Shown here piece by piece: positions 13,301-26,283 of a stretch of 64,000 nucleotides of DNA (the first letter of the stretch is position 1; every line of letters starts with the position of its first letter). The notes under the pieces are model-generated. The model did no database searches and had not been told where the DNA came from. It was given only the letters and a program-made list of their open reading frames with translations. The stretch comes from Antedon mediterranea (lineage: Eukaryota; Animalia; Echinodermata). Both the position numbers and the translations under genes were made by a program. The stretch is from positions 14,030,871 through 14,094,870 of the forward strand of contig NC_092676.1 of assembly GCF_964355755.1 (NCBI RefSeq), written 5' to 3'.

Positions 13301-16300
13301 TCAATCTTACCCATTATATTCATTACATCTGTCTGCTTTGTAATACCAGGAAAAACTTTATTAAAAACTTTCTTAATTATGTGATCTTCCTTCCTATGAT
13401 CACCTATTGAAAATGATCATCTTTACCACAAAGATCACCTATAATTCATCAAAGTCACAAATTAAAATCTAGTTTGTTTTTATGTTCTTAAAGTCTGAAG
13501 GATTACATGAAACAATGTTTCAGAAGTCACAACATCTTCATCTGACACTAGGAACTATGGTGCTAATGAATAAACATGAAGTGGTAAGTATTGTTATACA
13601 TATTACTGTAATACAGTATACAAATACAAAAGAAGATTTTTACAGTGTTTCTGTACAAACGGTTTCTAATCTTAACCCTTACACTGCTAAAGTTCACTAA
13701 TATTAAATCGCGTATATATGCACAAGTATCTTCTTGTATAACAAAAGTTAGTTAGTTGATAGATTTTTTTTAATTTCCAAAAGGTCAGTAGGCTATTTCA
13801 ATGACATAGAAATACAACGAAATGGTATTTGAAAAAGCATATTGCCCTGGGTGATTACAGTCACCGCTCGCAATTTAAAGTAGCAGGCCCGTAGCGAGGG
13901 GGGGGTTTTTATGGTTCGGGCGAACCCCCCCTTTACAGCGAACCCCCCTTAACCAACTGCGAACCCCCATCCCCGACATGCCCAATACCTCACCCTCATC
14001 TCCAAAAATCCTCCAAATACGTGCCCCACAGTACAAAAAGTTGTTTGTAAATTGAAAAATTCGTAAACTTGTTCGTGAACCTTCTTCTCTGTATGAGCGT
14101 CAACTAGTGATACGTGTCTGTAAATTTCTAAAAGCTGCAAATGAATTGCCGATTTTAACCTGAAAAATAAATGTTTGGTCCCTGCATGTAACATGATATT
14201 GACGTGTCTCATAGCGAGCTGGCGCACGAACGATTCGTACAAAGGACACCGCCAGACAAACTGCGTACCTATAATTGTTTAGATCACTGGCAGTCAGGCA
14301 GCATGCATAAAGTATATAGCCTTCCGACGTACATCAGTATTTATGTGTGACTATGAAGTATAATGTATCATAGAGGATTATAGTGAATATTAATATTTTA
14401 CACTATAATATCTATGGTATCAAGTACTGTAGTTCACATTATGGCATCCGATTATTTTTTTCTAGACCACCAGCCGATACGTACTAAAATGTATCAATAT
14501 CACCTATTTACATATTTATATTCCTCAACAAATTTCTGTAGATAAATATTATAGATAGAGCTAGCAAATAGCATTTGCCTTCGCCCAGTGTGCTTTTTTT
14601 CGGGGCTGCTCCTAGATATACGTTCGAATTGAACTTGAACGCAAAACAAAATACGGAGTAAATGATCAAACAATCGGCGGTTCCGCACAGAGCACGCGCA
14701 TCTAACATACGGCAACAAATAGTTATCGTCATTTAAATTATCGACGTGTTTGAGGAGGAGGAAAAAAGTACGATCTTTTTGCTCATTGGTTATATAGCAT
14801 GCTGCACGAGAGTGTCTTTTCCGGCCATCTAGGGGTGTCATTTAACAAAATTCGCTTCGCATCAGGCTGGGGGAGGGGGGGGGGGGTTGACCCAAATATT
14901 TAGGGTCCGAACCCCCCCTTGACAGATCCTGGCTACGGCCCTGAGTAGTATAATATGTTTGGGCGACAGTAGTCAACGCTTGCACTGTAAGGGTTTCCGG
15001 ACATTTTTCATAATCGATCGTTAAAGTTACGAGGATCAACAGAGTTGTAACGTAATCTGTTTAAACGTTTTAAGAAGCATAGGCTTTTAGATCCAATTCT
15101 CTTAAATCTGAACAAAAAATGGTATTGTTTTCTATTGTAGGATAAAGCTATCAACTTACTTGAAAAGTGTAGAACCAGCATTATAAGGTAGTATGTTAAT
15201 TTTTAAAATAGTAGGTCCCTAAAAATCTTATTAAATTTGGCAGATATAATGAGGTTGTCACATACATTCTTCTTAATATCAATTCAATTATCACCTTTAT
15301 TCCTCCATATTTATACAACAAGTATAAAAAGAGTTCCGACCTCCACCAATGATAAAAATAAATTATAAATAAAAAATGTTTTTTGAAGTAAAAGTCATCA
15401 ATGTTGTGATTGAATAATTAATATTAAGTCAAAGCCAAAAATTTGCAAAATTACTAAAAACCATTGTTGGCATTTATCAATATTTGTTATATTTTTGCTT
15501 AAGCTGGGGAGTGTTAATTGTAATAGGTATTCTGAGAAATTGTTTTTTTATATCCTCCTTGTATTAAACATTATCATGTATGAATATTCAGAATATATTT
15601 GTACTTCCTTTAAACCCATAATGCTTTGCGACGCAACAAACGCCTGTGAGGTAGTGTTACCCCAAATTAGCTTCTTTCTCTTAGCAATGGCGGCGCTATA
15701 ACATTTCCGCAGAGAAAACTTTTAGCTTTAGGAGAGACAAGACTAATAGAATAAAACTCAAATATAAAATCTTTCATTCATTTTTCCATGCATTTATTTA
15801 AATAATAAAACTGGGACTGGTTTGACATATCACACTTTGCCAGTCCTAAAGTAAAACCAATAGGTACTCAATTATATAGGGAGATTCATTTATCTCATCA
15901 TTATATAGGATTTTAATGAAACCGCAGCCTAGCCGTACACTATTATTATTATTGGGCACATAAAAAACATGCATGATCAAAACATTATTCAATAGGCTGT
16001 AGATTAATGTAGCCTTTAGCTTTTAGGTGTTTTCCAGAACAATACTGTATAATTCAAATATTTTCAAATACTTTATTTTGATTGTAGTGCTATATTGCAT
16101 GGTGAACCACTAAAAGTATCACTGTCTGGCTTAGAGTATATGAATGATGATCCTGCAGAAGTTGATGTTCTTTACTGTAAGGTACAGCCAACTGATAATT
16201 CCAACAAGTATGCTATTTTTATTTTTTTTGTTTTGGTGTTGATACTTTTAATGTTGATACTTTCCAGTATCAGTCCAAACATATTCACATAAAATCACAA

Positions 16301-19300
16301 AAATAATTTTTCCTCCACATGACAATAATCCTTCTGTCAATTTATTAATCTACACATTGTCGAGTTGAATTGATAAATTGACCATTTTATAAAAAATATT
16401 AACTTTCGAATTACGAAAAATTATTTTTACCCCAATTTTTCAGTATGAGGCAGTCTCAAAATCAGAGTATTTTTGAAAACATTTTTTTTAGATTCTTATA
16501 TATTATTTTTAATTACTGCATTCAATAAGCTTCAACAGAAGGGGTCGTTTATTAAATTTGTTTTTCAAGAGTTATTTAATGAAAATATACGAATCGCCCG
16601 TTTTTGGCCAGGAGACTCCCGTATTTTAGACTCATCTCCCAGCCTAATATTGTGAAAGTCACTTAGTGACATCGTGATCGGGCACGTCGGTCCTAGCTAA
16701 TATTAATAATATGACCTAAAATAAGCGGCTATAGAACTGCTGTAATATACTTGCTTAAAAACAAACAAGTAATTATTTTGAATAACAAATTATTTATTCA
16801 TTTTTTTAGTAAAAACATACTTACAAACTACTGTACTGTATAATATTTAATAATTAATACAGTATTTATAAAATATAATATACCGGTAGGCCTAACATTA
16901 ACAATAAAAATTCAATAACATAATTTACAGAGTATTGTGTAGTAGGTTTGCATTCAATATATGAATCCTCTGCAATATAATATACATATATTTGTAATTC
17001 AACATTTTGTTTAAAATATTAAAGTATAGTTTGGGTGAAAAGTAATGACAGTAGGTACCGATGTCATCTTTTTACTTCACTCTCTATTTGAAGTCACAAA
17101 GACGAAGAACTCTGCATCATCAATGATTCCTGAAAGTGTCAGAAAAATCTACAATTAATAAATGTTATTTAAAATATATATATATTTTAATGTCTGGTTG
17201 TATTATATCATTATAATATTGTATGATGGCCTAAAATGGGGGCTGTATTTTATTATTAAATTACAGTATTACTATTATTATTTATATAATCTCGGCCTCC
17301 TAGTAATACTACTTGTAGCCTAGGCATCTATTCAGCTTACTAAATCAAATAATAAATGAAAAATAAAATAATAATAAATTAACAATACTGATAGAAAAAA
17401 AGGAATTTTTAGGGGATCAGATCACCAGGCTAGGCCGGCTAGGACAAATGATACTCGTATACAGTACAACTTAACGACTATCGGATCAGCATATCAACAC
17501 AATACAACACACGTCTCCATATCGCCTATACTAACACACATGTCTCGCGTCGCCGAAACTACACTCACAGCTAGAAAATGTACCTACTTTTTGAGGTCTG
17601 AGTAATACCAATAAATTTTGAACAGGATAGAAATATCTCATACTCGATTAAACTAATATTATTCTTGATAAAACAATTGATATATTTTTTTTAATTCTGT
17701 GGGATGCACCTCCGACTTCTGAAAATGGACAACAAAAATAAGTTTTGTAATAGCATCGAGTCGTTTTTTCAAATATGAAAAATGTTTTTGTATTAAATTT
17801 TGTAATTGATATGTACGCACCATCTACGTATGTGTGCCACTGTTAAAAAAGTGTTGTTCCAAATAAATATTATTATTAAAGCAGCACTTATTTGCTAGGC
17901 GATGCAAAATCAGTTTCAGTTTTCAACGGTAGGTGGCTCTTCAAAATCATCAATACGGAAGTATAAGTCGATTTTACACGATTTAACGGTCAAAACACAA
18001 AGTGGCTTTCCCACTACAATGCGTCAGAAGCCACACGAATTGAAGACTGTAAAAGCTACAATGAAGTCAAACGTTGACACACTTTTCAAAAGACCAATTG
18101 CATTCGACACAATTTTGCTGTCATGTTCCTCTCCTGAAATTTCCTCCAAAGCGTCTAACAATGCTGGTAGAGTTTTTTCAATTGTCCTTAGGGAGTCGCA
18201 GTGAGCCCACCTGGTTTCTGAAAGTCTTTTCAGGGATGATGGATGCTCTATGTTTCGCTCTTTTTGACATCTGACAAAGATAGAATCTTGTTTTAGACTA
18301 GCTTCGATAAATACATACAGTCGTTCTACTATACCGAAAAAGTTCTTGCATAGGATATTGGATTTGAAGGCACCCACAAGGACTAGATTAAGGCAGTGAT
18401 TGCTGCAATGTACATACAAAGCTTTAGGATTTTCATTCAAGACTTTAGTTTTCAAGCCATTATACCTGCCTGACATGTTACTAGCTCCATCATACCCCTG
18501 ACCTCTTGATACAAGTCCCCATGTCTTTAACGTCTCACATAGACATTTGAAACGCTTCAGCAGTCAGAGATTTAACATTTTGGAACTTGAGAAACGACGC
18601 GTATGTTTTTACTTCAAGGGCACACCTATAAGAACAAACAAGACCTGCTCAACATGGGCACAGTCGAAAGTTTCATCCATGATTATGCTGTAACAGTCGA
18701 CCTTAATTATATGATCTATGATGTGCTTCCGTACAGTACAGTGCTGCAATGAAGTCATTCTGTATTATAGGAGAAAAGTATTGCTCATTTCTTTTCGCTT
18801 CCTTGGCGTGATTCTGGGCTACAGTAGGTCTAGGTCAATCAATTATATTTCGCATGATTTACCATTTTTAAAATTTTGATGACGTCATCATGTTCAAAAG
18901 CATGATTTACTTGGGTCACTTATTTTCATCATTACAGTAGATTTAAATATGTTATAGCTCCTTAGAATGAAAGTGAAACTCATAATTAAAACGTTTTCTG
19001 GAAGCTGTTGGATTTTAAAGACGAATTCATGTACAAATTTTGTGCATTGGATGTTGTGACGTCATCATAAGGCCGGTTGAATTATAAATTTGTATTTTCA
19101 TGTTTTGCGTCGTAGTTCAAGACATTTAAAAGAGCGTGCATCTATATTCTACATATCAACATTTCTTCTACACATTAATATGTTGTTTCTCAGACAATTT
19201 TCATCCGAAATTGCTATCTTTGTCTTTCATTTTGATGACGTCATCATGTTAAAATTGGAATAAAAGGCGAGTCCCATATGTAGTAGTGTATACTGTAGGC

Positions 19301-22300
19301 CTACATACTTGGGACACAAAACAGAGAGAACACTGACAACAATGTTCTTGATCTTCAGATGATAATAGCATATAATTCTTTTTTCTGTGTGCATTTCTAT
19401 ATATAAATTTATGTAAGGGCAAAATTCGGTAAATCGCGCGTTTTTTCTAGAATGTTTACTCGATGGTATATAAAGTTGGTTAGAATCTCGGTACTGATTT
19501 AAACCACCAGATGTAACCCTGTTTACTAATTAAATTGAGTTAGATAATTAGTTATTGACAATTAAAACGAATTTAGGTTCAACGGTTTGCCCCAAATAGG
19601 GATGTTTTCCTACCGTAGTATACACTGTCTAATGGATGCCCTCTTAAAAAATACCTGCACACAATAATACGAGGATGCTTCGCATTTTTCTATCTCCTCC
19701 TACGATAATTGTTTTTAATAGCTGAAAACCGGTTGAACACCTGTGCTGAGACAGCTTCATTGGCTTCCGGTAATGTAGTGTCTGGATTGGGAGACTAAGG
19801 GGTTAAGGGAGATCGATATAACCACATGGTTGGTATGGTAATCTGTATGTATACGTTGTACACAATGAAAGATGCAATAAATATACACATAAGATATAAC
19901 AGGTAACACAGAGAATTACCTTCAAGATCCTGCCTTTTGTTTTCAAAGCTCTTCATAATTCTTCATCTAAGTTCATTTCTGAACTTATTCAACCTTATGT
20001 TCCTAAGCGGTCTCTGAGATCTAGATCTGAGTCTCTTCTTGCCCATATATTTCATCCTTCCACTAAGTTTTATGGAAATCGTTCATTTTCTTCGGCATCC
20101 GTTTATCTATGGAATGCGTTGCCTATTGAAATCCGTCAGGCTACTTCCACCAGTGTCTTCAAATCTCTCATCAAAACCCACCTTTTTAATTTGTAATTTT
20201 TCTAAATTTTCTGTCTTTGTAAAGCGCATTGAGGCTTTCAGCATAATGCGCTATAAGTACCAGTTATTATTATTATTAACAGCTCGAGTACAGTATCATA
20301 ATGTTGAAGACCGGCCGATTTTCTTAAAAAAATACTATTTTGATAGATTTAATATACGTTTATACAAATGTATTGATTTGCGATGAATGGAACATTCCAA
20401 TCTCTCAGACTCAGACTTCGGCATCCGTTTATCTATGGAATGCGTTGCCTATTGAAATCCGTCAGGCTACTTCCACCAGTGTCTTCAAATCTCTCCTCAA
20501 AACCCACCTTTTTAATTTGTAATTTTTCTAAATTTTCTGTCTTTGTAAAGCGCATTGAGGCTTTCAGCATAATGCGCTATATGTACCAGTTATTATTATT
20601 ATTAACAGCTCGAGTACAGTATCATAATGTTGAAGACAGGCCGATTTTCTAAAAAAAATACTATTTTGATAGATTTAATATACGTTTATACAAATGTATT
20701 GATTTGTGATGAATGGAACATTCCAATCTCTCAGACTTCCAGTTTGTAGGTAAATTTATGGGCCCTTTGAGAATAAACTTAAAACTGAGATATAGTATTG
20801 CAATACTTTGACAATATTGTAAATACTGTACGTAAATAACCATTTTTGGTCGTCATTTGAATCGAAATTTTCTTACTGTGAATGTGGTTACTGTTTATTG
20901 TATTAATTAGTAATTATAAAAAATATAAACGTCGTAGTGGTGTATCGTTACATGTACTTTACTATTTCAATCGACTATAACAGAAACAAATGAAACAATT
21001 TTCACAATTGATGTTTCATTTAAGTAATTTAATTAGTATCTTGTCTAGTACAAAAGCGCGTCTCTTACAAATATTTTTGTGCCAGATATTTATCAACTAG
21101 TATAGTGCATTAATATTTAGTCTGTCACAAGTCCTCTCACATTTTCAACATTTGAAAACCGCAGGATAAAATCTTTTAAAAAGTTTTTTCACAATTCTAA
21201 ACTTTGCAAATACACTCTTACCCTACAAATTGAATTAAAAAAAGCTTTGCACATCGATTTTGAGAAAAGAAAACAATTGTCGCAGCATGCTTGTATTTAG
21301 TTTAAAAGTTTTGAATACGCCTGGGCCTATACCAAAGTTTTGTCTGCTGTCAGCTGTAAGGATAATTAGGAATTTAAATACCAGTGCAAGTTCACTCAAT
21401 AAATACTGGACAACTTACTAATTAAAATCAAAAGACACTTTAAACATATCAATTGGGAAAGTTGTCACTAAATCACTTTGTATAATTTCGTTTTTAAGTT
21501 TTTGAATACGATTATAGCGAAGTTACGACCGTCAGCTGTAATAATAATAAAAATATTTTCCAAAACATGTATGATTAAAAGAAATAAACATGAGACTAGA
21601 GTAATCTACTACCACAGTATTAATGTTTAATTAATTTGTCTTTAGGATGACTTATGGTAGGTTTGACACAAAAACCTCCATTACAATAAATATAAAGATT
21701 GTCACTGGCTTTCATTTAATGTATGATTTAGCTACGACAAGTAGTTCACGAGATGGCATTTATTGTAAATAAAAAATGAATGAAAATAAGTATTTTCTAA
21801 AGTTATGAATGAAAATACTGATTTTTTGTTAAAAATCGCAAAAAATGCTATCTCGTAAACTACTTGTTGTAGAATGCTAAATCATACATTAAATGAAAGC
21901 CTTTCCCCTATGTTTCATAATTTTTTGGGATTTTATTTCTGTTACACCAGCTTGTTGAAAATAAGCACTTTCTTATCAGTGAGGGATAGTTGAAATTACA
22001 CAGTAAAATCTCTATTCTTTTGTACACAAATTTTGTAAATAGAGAGGCATTTAAAAAAAACTATGAAAAATAAACAGTGTGGTAAGAAATGTTATCAGAT
22101 GACTAAATATAGGTAATATAACTTGAATTTTACATTTCTAGTATTTTTATTCAACTTCAGAATTTTATTTTCATGCTATAACAAAAATTATCCACCGTAT
22201 ATCCACCATTTTTTTTACCTTCTTCTAGGGAGTCACAACACATGTTATTACATTAGGTTAAACTACCTAACTACTGAAAAAGTCTTTATGGTTTCTATAG

Positions 22301-25300
22301 TAGAATTTTGCCAAATTTTGTATTTGACCATTTTAAGGGAATGTTTTTTCGTCTTGATTTCTATTACAAATATTTGATTTATGTACAATTAACCAGATAT
22401 TATATTTAAAATTCATGTACCTGAGATTTAATGTTCCATTACAATGAATATAAACATTATCATTGGCTTTCATTTAATGTATGATTTAGCATTCTATTAC
22501 AAGTAGTTTACGAGGTAGCAATTTTGTTGTGATTTTTACCCAAAAAAGAATAAAATCAGTATTTTACATATACAAGCTGTAATTGTAAAACAAATTTAAA
22601 TTTCTGTTTTTAAAAGTTGTTTGAAAAAAATTAAAGCAAATGTTACAAAAATATTTGTTATTCATTAAAATAAAAAAATTAAATATTACACAAAAATTGA
22701 CAAAATTAGATTATTATCGATATATTTTGTAGAATAATGACTCAAATGACTTTTAATGATAATCAAAGTGTAGTATGATTCATCAGTTTTACATTTAGCC
22801 TAATTGCAAAACAATTGATGCTTTTCATCAAATACTGTACCATAAAATAAAGATATTAGTAAAATTACATGAAAAAATAGGTCATTGACCTGTGACCCAA
22901 AAGTGCATCACCAGAATCACGAAAGAATTGGATTTTCAGATGTACCAAAGTATGTCTCTCAAAAATCATATTAAGACCAATGCTAAAATTCGTACTGGAC
23001 TAAGTTATTGTAGGTTCTATTAAACTTGTATACTCTTTTAAAAAATCTATTTCCACAGACTGCAGTTACTAGTTGACAGTGTTGCCGAGCAGTTCATTAA
23101 CGAAGGCCTCATGGTCAGGGAATATGATCATGTGAAAATTCATGCAACATTGATAAATAGTTTATTCAACAGAGATAGTGAGCTTGGAAATCATGAAAAA
23201 GTTTATAGTAAGAACCAGAAGATAAGAAAATCTTTTGATGCACGGGTTATTCTTGAGGTAAAATCATGTTTTATTTTATAGAATTTTATGGATTATTTAA
23301 ATCGTAAAATTGTCCCCCTGAAAAAATAAAATTTTTGTTGAATAGTACATTTTATTGTCACTATGACCAAAAAATTGGATCAGACAGAAAATGTAATTTA
23401 AAGCAAAGAATTCGATGCCATCCAATGGGGTGCCATCCAATGGGATTTTGGTTGAATTTAATCATTTATTGTCAACCGCTAAGAATAGTCTACAAGCAAC
23501 AATTCAACTGGATCGGACATGTAATTAGAAAAGAAAATGAAGATCCTGCAAAAATTCTTACTTTTACACAACACAAAGTAAACGAAGTGGTCGGTAGATA
23601 CCATCAGTACTTGATAGAGCTGTACAACAAAGTCAACTTACTAGATGCAACTTCATTGGAGCCTGCTTCAAAAGAAATTTATAATTTCCAGCTATGTTTA
23701 AACTGTATATATGTTTTATAGTTGTTGACTGTGCAATTTGGTAATATAGTCACTCTCGAGTCTCATATACATTTAAAAGTAACTTCACATCCAAATGCCA
23801 ATGTCAATGGCTACCAGATCTCATAGAGACGGTTATTTGAACCAGTACCAGAAAACCATATAACAATTTGAATTGGAACTTAGCAAAAGTGTAATTTATA
23901 TCATGCGGCAAAAAAATGGCATGTTTTACAGACAGTTTCACGTGCATGCACGTTTAACACTTTAAAATGCGAAAAATCAATTTCTAATCAACTTTCTACA
24001 TGTCTCATTTTTAGCATGTAAACATTTCCAAGCGTGCTCAAATTCTTACGCTTGCGGTGTGCATGTAGCACTAAAAATATCTTTTTTTCGCGTGAATTAT
24101 GGTTTTCCAGCTCTAGTAATTTTTACCAACTTTTAAACAATTTCAACTTAAAATCACGTCATACGAGCACTTCAAAGTGGACAATCCTCTTGCCTTTTTG
24201 ATGAAAAAGTTCAAAAAGTTTTCAAAATTATGCGTTTTTTTAAACAGTCATAGATTCTAAACTAAATGGTGGAGTTTATTTTTATTACATATTCTGGAAG
24301 TTGAGTTGTAGATATCGGATCATACATCAATATGACTAACTGGACATTGTGACGTCATTATATGTCCACTCGAATATAAAATAGAGGATTTTTGTCTCTT
24401 TCGCCATAGCTTATCACATTTAATAGAGCGCATCTCCACCTATCCGTATTCCATTTTTCCCCATATTTTGATATTGTCTAGGGCAATTTCATCATCTCAA
24501 TCGCATCATGTGCAAAAGCGTGTATAACTCGGGTCATTTCAATATGTTATAGCATATAAGTGATACTAATCATTAAATGTTTTCTGGAAGCTGTTGAATT
24601 CTAGATACGAATTCATGTACAAATTTTGCGCATCGGATGCTGTGACATCATCATATGGCCAGTTCAATTATCAAAGTCGTATTTTCTTATTTTTCGTCAT
24701 AGTTGACATTTAAAAGAGCACGTTTCCATATTCTATCTTTCCAAATTTGTTAAACATGTTGATATGTTGTTGCTCAGATAAGTCCTTTCCAAAATTGCTA
24801 TTTATCTTTTTCATGACTGCATAATGTTAAAAATTGGAAAAAAAGGCGGGTCCTGTTTTCACCTATTCTGCACTGTATGTAGTATGTATACAATATATAG
24901 TGCATACTGTATATACTTAGACACAAAATAGGCGGCACACTAACATTTTATTTTCTTCAGGTCACAAGGGCATAATGTGCGCAATATTCTAACGTATAAC
25001 ATGCATGTGGCGTTTTCGCGGCGGATAACCTAACTCGTCCATAGTGACGAGTTCAAATCTAGTAATTGTTTGTTTCGTTTTTTATCTCTATGGAAGTGAT
25101 TAACTTGGTCAAAACTACAAAATGGCCTATAAATATATTAATATTCATTTTTTCATGTTTTTGGAGGACAATGCATCTTTAATATATAAAAAACAGTTTG
25201 TCTTTAAAGTATGTAAAATGGATACAAATATTTCAAACATAATCAAACTAACTATTGTATTTTCTCCATTTTTATACTGATTGTGAATGCATTCTATAAC

Positions 25301-25998
25301 ACATATTTTACAATATAACTTGTCTCACTAGTAACCCAATAAAATTACATACTTAATATGATAATAATATATCCATAGATACAAGTGAGGATTTGAAACC
25401 TTATTTTAAACTACTGTTTGTTTAAAAAACCTGAACAGAAACAAACAAATAAGAATTTACATAATACTTCAATAATGTTACTTTTGATAGATAAAAAAAA
25501 CATGAAAAAATGAGGATTAATATTAATCAGATGTTGAATAGGCCATTTTGCAGTTTCACTAAAGTTAACAACAAAAATAATCATTTCGCTTATAAAAAGT
25601 CAAAAGAAATGGTTAATTTTAACCAGAAACCAATTTCTGACAGACAATAAGTATATTTTGCTTTAACTTACTCTTTTTTCAGGTAGATATTAAAATGGAA
25701 TATTCAACACCAAATTGTATGTATTTTTTAGGGGGGACAATATATCTTTAAAGATAATGTTGTAAATTAAGGCCTTCAATGTAATAGTAAAAGTTTTAAC
25801 ATTTTGGTCATGCTCCAAATGTGTACACCTATATTAATTTAGAAGTGCAAATGGTACAATGTTATTTATAATGTTGATTTGCAGATATTTGGTGATTGTA
25901 ATTTGTCAACATGTGATCTTGCTGAAATGCACATTTCAATAAGAGGGACCAAGTCTACAAACTACTATTGTAATGAAGCTGTTATAACTTTATGTTAA
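10198..25998 (+). CDS. ASCC1: Activating signal cointegrator 1 complex subunit 1 (KH + 2H phosphoesterase), 8 coding exons, 352 aa
   Basis: Exons 10198-10306, 10838-11038, 12809-12987, 13494-13583, 15141-15187, 16088-16207, 23059-23257, 25885-25998 total 1059 nt; all introns are GT-AG and phase-consistent. Motifs: MDVLKP..GRFYRK, IIGKKGETRKRIE (KH), RRQPFTHFLS, HLHLTLG, GLEYMNDDPAEVDVLY, VKIHATLINS, FDAR.IL. Confidence 0.95.
10838..11038 (+). CDS. ASCC1: ASCC1 coding exon 2 (KH domain)
   Basis: VPSAFYGYIIGKKGETRKRIETETGANIIIP contains the GxxG KH loop. Confidence 0.93.
11740..12260. repeat. GTAACCACC-based ~55-bp minisatellite with an inverted block
   Basis: GGCTAACTCTGTAACCACCAGTGAATCAAGTATCCTCAGTCTAAGCGTAACCACC units at 11890-12260; complementary GGTGGTTAC units at 11740-11850. 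Confidence 0.8.
12809..12987 (+). CDS. ASCC1: ASCC1 coding exon 3
   Basis: AARDRINLLVESARRRQPFTHFLSIPL; ctag acceptor, gtaac donor. Confidence 0.93.
13494..13583 (+). CDS. ASCC1: ASCC1 coding exon 4 (first HxT motif)
   Basis: MFQKSQHLHLTLGTMVL; gtaagt donor. Confidence 0.92.
13884..14943. mobile_element. hAT-like MITE with 5-bp TSD (hAT5-type)
   Basis: TIRs CAGGCCCGTAGC / GCTACGGCCCTG; AGTAG on both flanks. It may be nested in a piggyBac-like relic (TTAA-CCCTTACACTGC at 13672; GCACTGTAAGGG ending at 14993). Confidence 0.7.
15141..15187 (+). CDS. ASCC1: ASCC1 coding exon 5
   Basis: ttgtag acceptor; DKAINLLEKCRTSII; supplies the phase 0 to phase 2 bridge needed between exons 4 and 6. Confidence 0.85.
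16088..16207 (+). CDS. ASCC1: ASCC1 coding exon 6
   Basis: PLKVSLSGLEYMNDDPAEVDVLYCKV. Confidence 0.93.
17900..18800 (-). pseudogene. hAT transposase fragment (ZMYM1/DUF4371-like) in ASCC1 intron 6
   Basis: GQGYDGASNMSG, ALYVHCSNHCLNL (CxxH) and LKRLSETRW motifs; frameshifted and truncated. Confidence 0.88.
19912..20278 (+). mobile_element. L2-clade LINE 3' end
   Basis: RITFKIL..FKAL..YVPKRSLRS..YGNRSFS..LWNALP..FKSLLKTHLF, followed by a GTAAAGCGCATTGAG...TGCGCTATA tail and (TTA)n. Confidence 0.85.
20091..20737 (+). repeat. ~326-bp tandem duplication spanning the L2 tail and its flank
   Basis: 20091-20410 is nearly identical to 20417-20736. Confidence 0.9.
21650..23002. mobile_element. Academ-related TIR remnant in ASCC1 intron 6
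   Basis: 22440-23002 resembles the TIR of the 28911-34400 element (TCAGATGTACCAAAGTATG..AAAAATCATATTAAGACCAATG) and ends in ...GGACTA; internal palindrome at 21705-21902; left end uncertain. Confidence 0.65.
23059..23257 (+). CDS. ASCC1: ASCC1 coding exon 7 (second HxT motif)
   Basis: LQLLVDSVAEQF..GLMVREYDHVKIHATLINSLF...SFDARVILE. Confidence 0.93.
23761..25062 (+). mobile_element. Non-autonomous Helitron (3' end clear, 5' end tentative)
   Basis: Hairpin AACTCGTC-catagt-GACGAGTT (25032-25053), then CTAG (25059-25062) followed by T. Confidence 0.55.
25885..25998 (+). CDS. ASCC1: ASCC1 terminal coding exon
   Basis: ttgcag acceptor; IFGDCNLSTCDLAEMHISIRG...YYCNEAVITLC then TAA. Confidence 0.85.
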   Translation: MFGDCNLSTCDLAEMHISIRGTKSTNYYCNEAVITLC

Positions 25999-26283
25999 CA
26001 ATCGGGGCGGGGGTGGGGTACAAAGTGTCCAAAAGGCACACACATAAAAGGCCACATTTCAATTTCATAGCACTCTTAATACAGAGGCATAATTGTATCA
26101 GTCATATAATTGTATCCGAGGTTAATTATTCTAAATCTAACAATAACATTGAAAATCAACAAGTGTTCATTGTAACGTATCAAATGACGACGATTGAAGT
26201 TCTTCTACAGTATTATATATTTTAAAGTTCCATTTTATGATTAAATGTATATCTTGCAATTTGTTCTTTCTTTGGTCCTTTTG

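Larger units (their letters stand above)
19396..21100 (+). mobile_element. Possible non-autonomous Helitron carrying an L2 insertion
   Basis: 5' TCTATATATAAATTTATGTAAGG, also present at 11064; 3' ...TCAACTAG followed by T; shares GAATGGAACATTCCAATCTC with the copy at 11064-11210. Confidence 0.4.

Noticed and set aside
21118-21135. TAGTC as the left terminus of the intron-6 Academ remnant
   Set aside because: Only 5 bp match the right end, and the flanks (ATT vs AGT) give no TSD.
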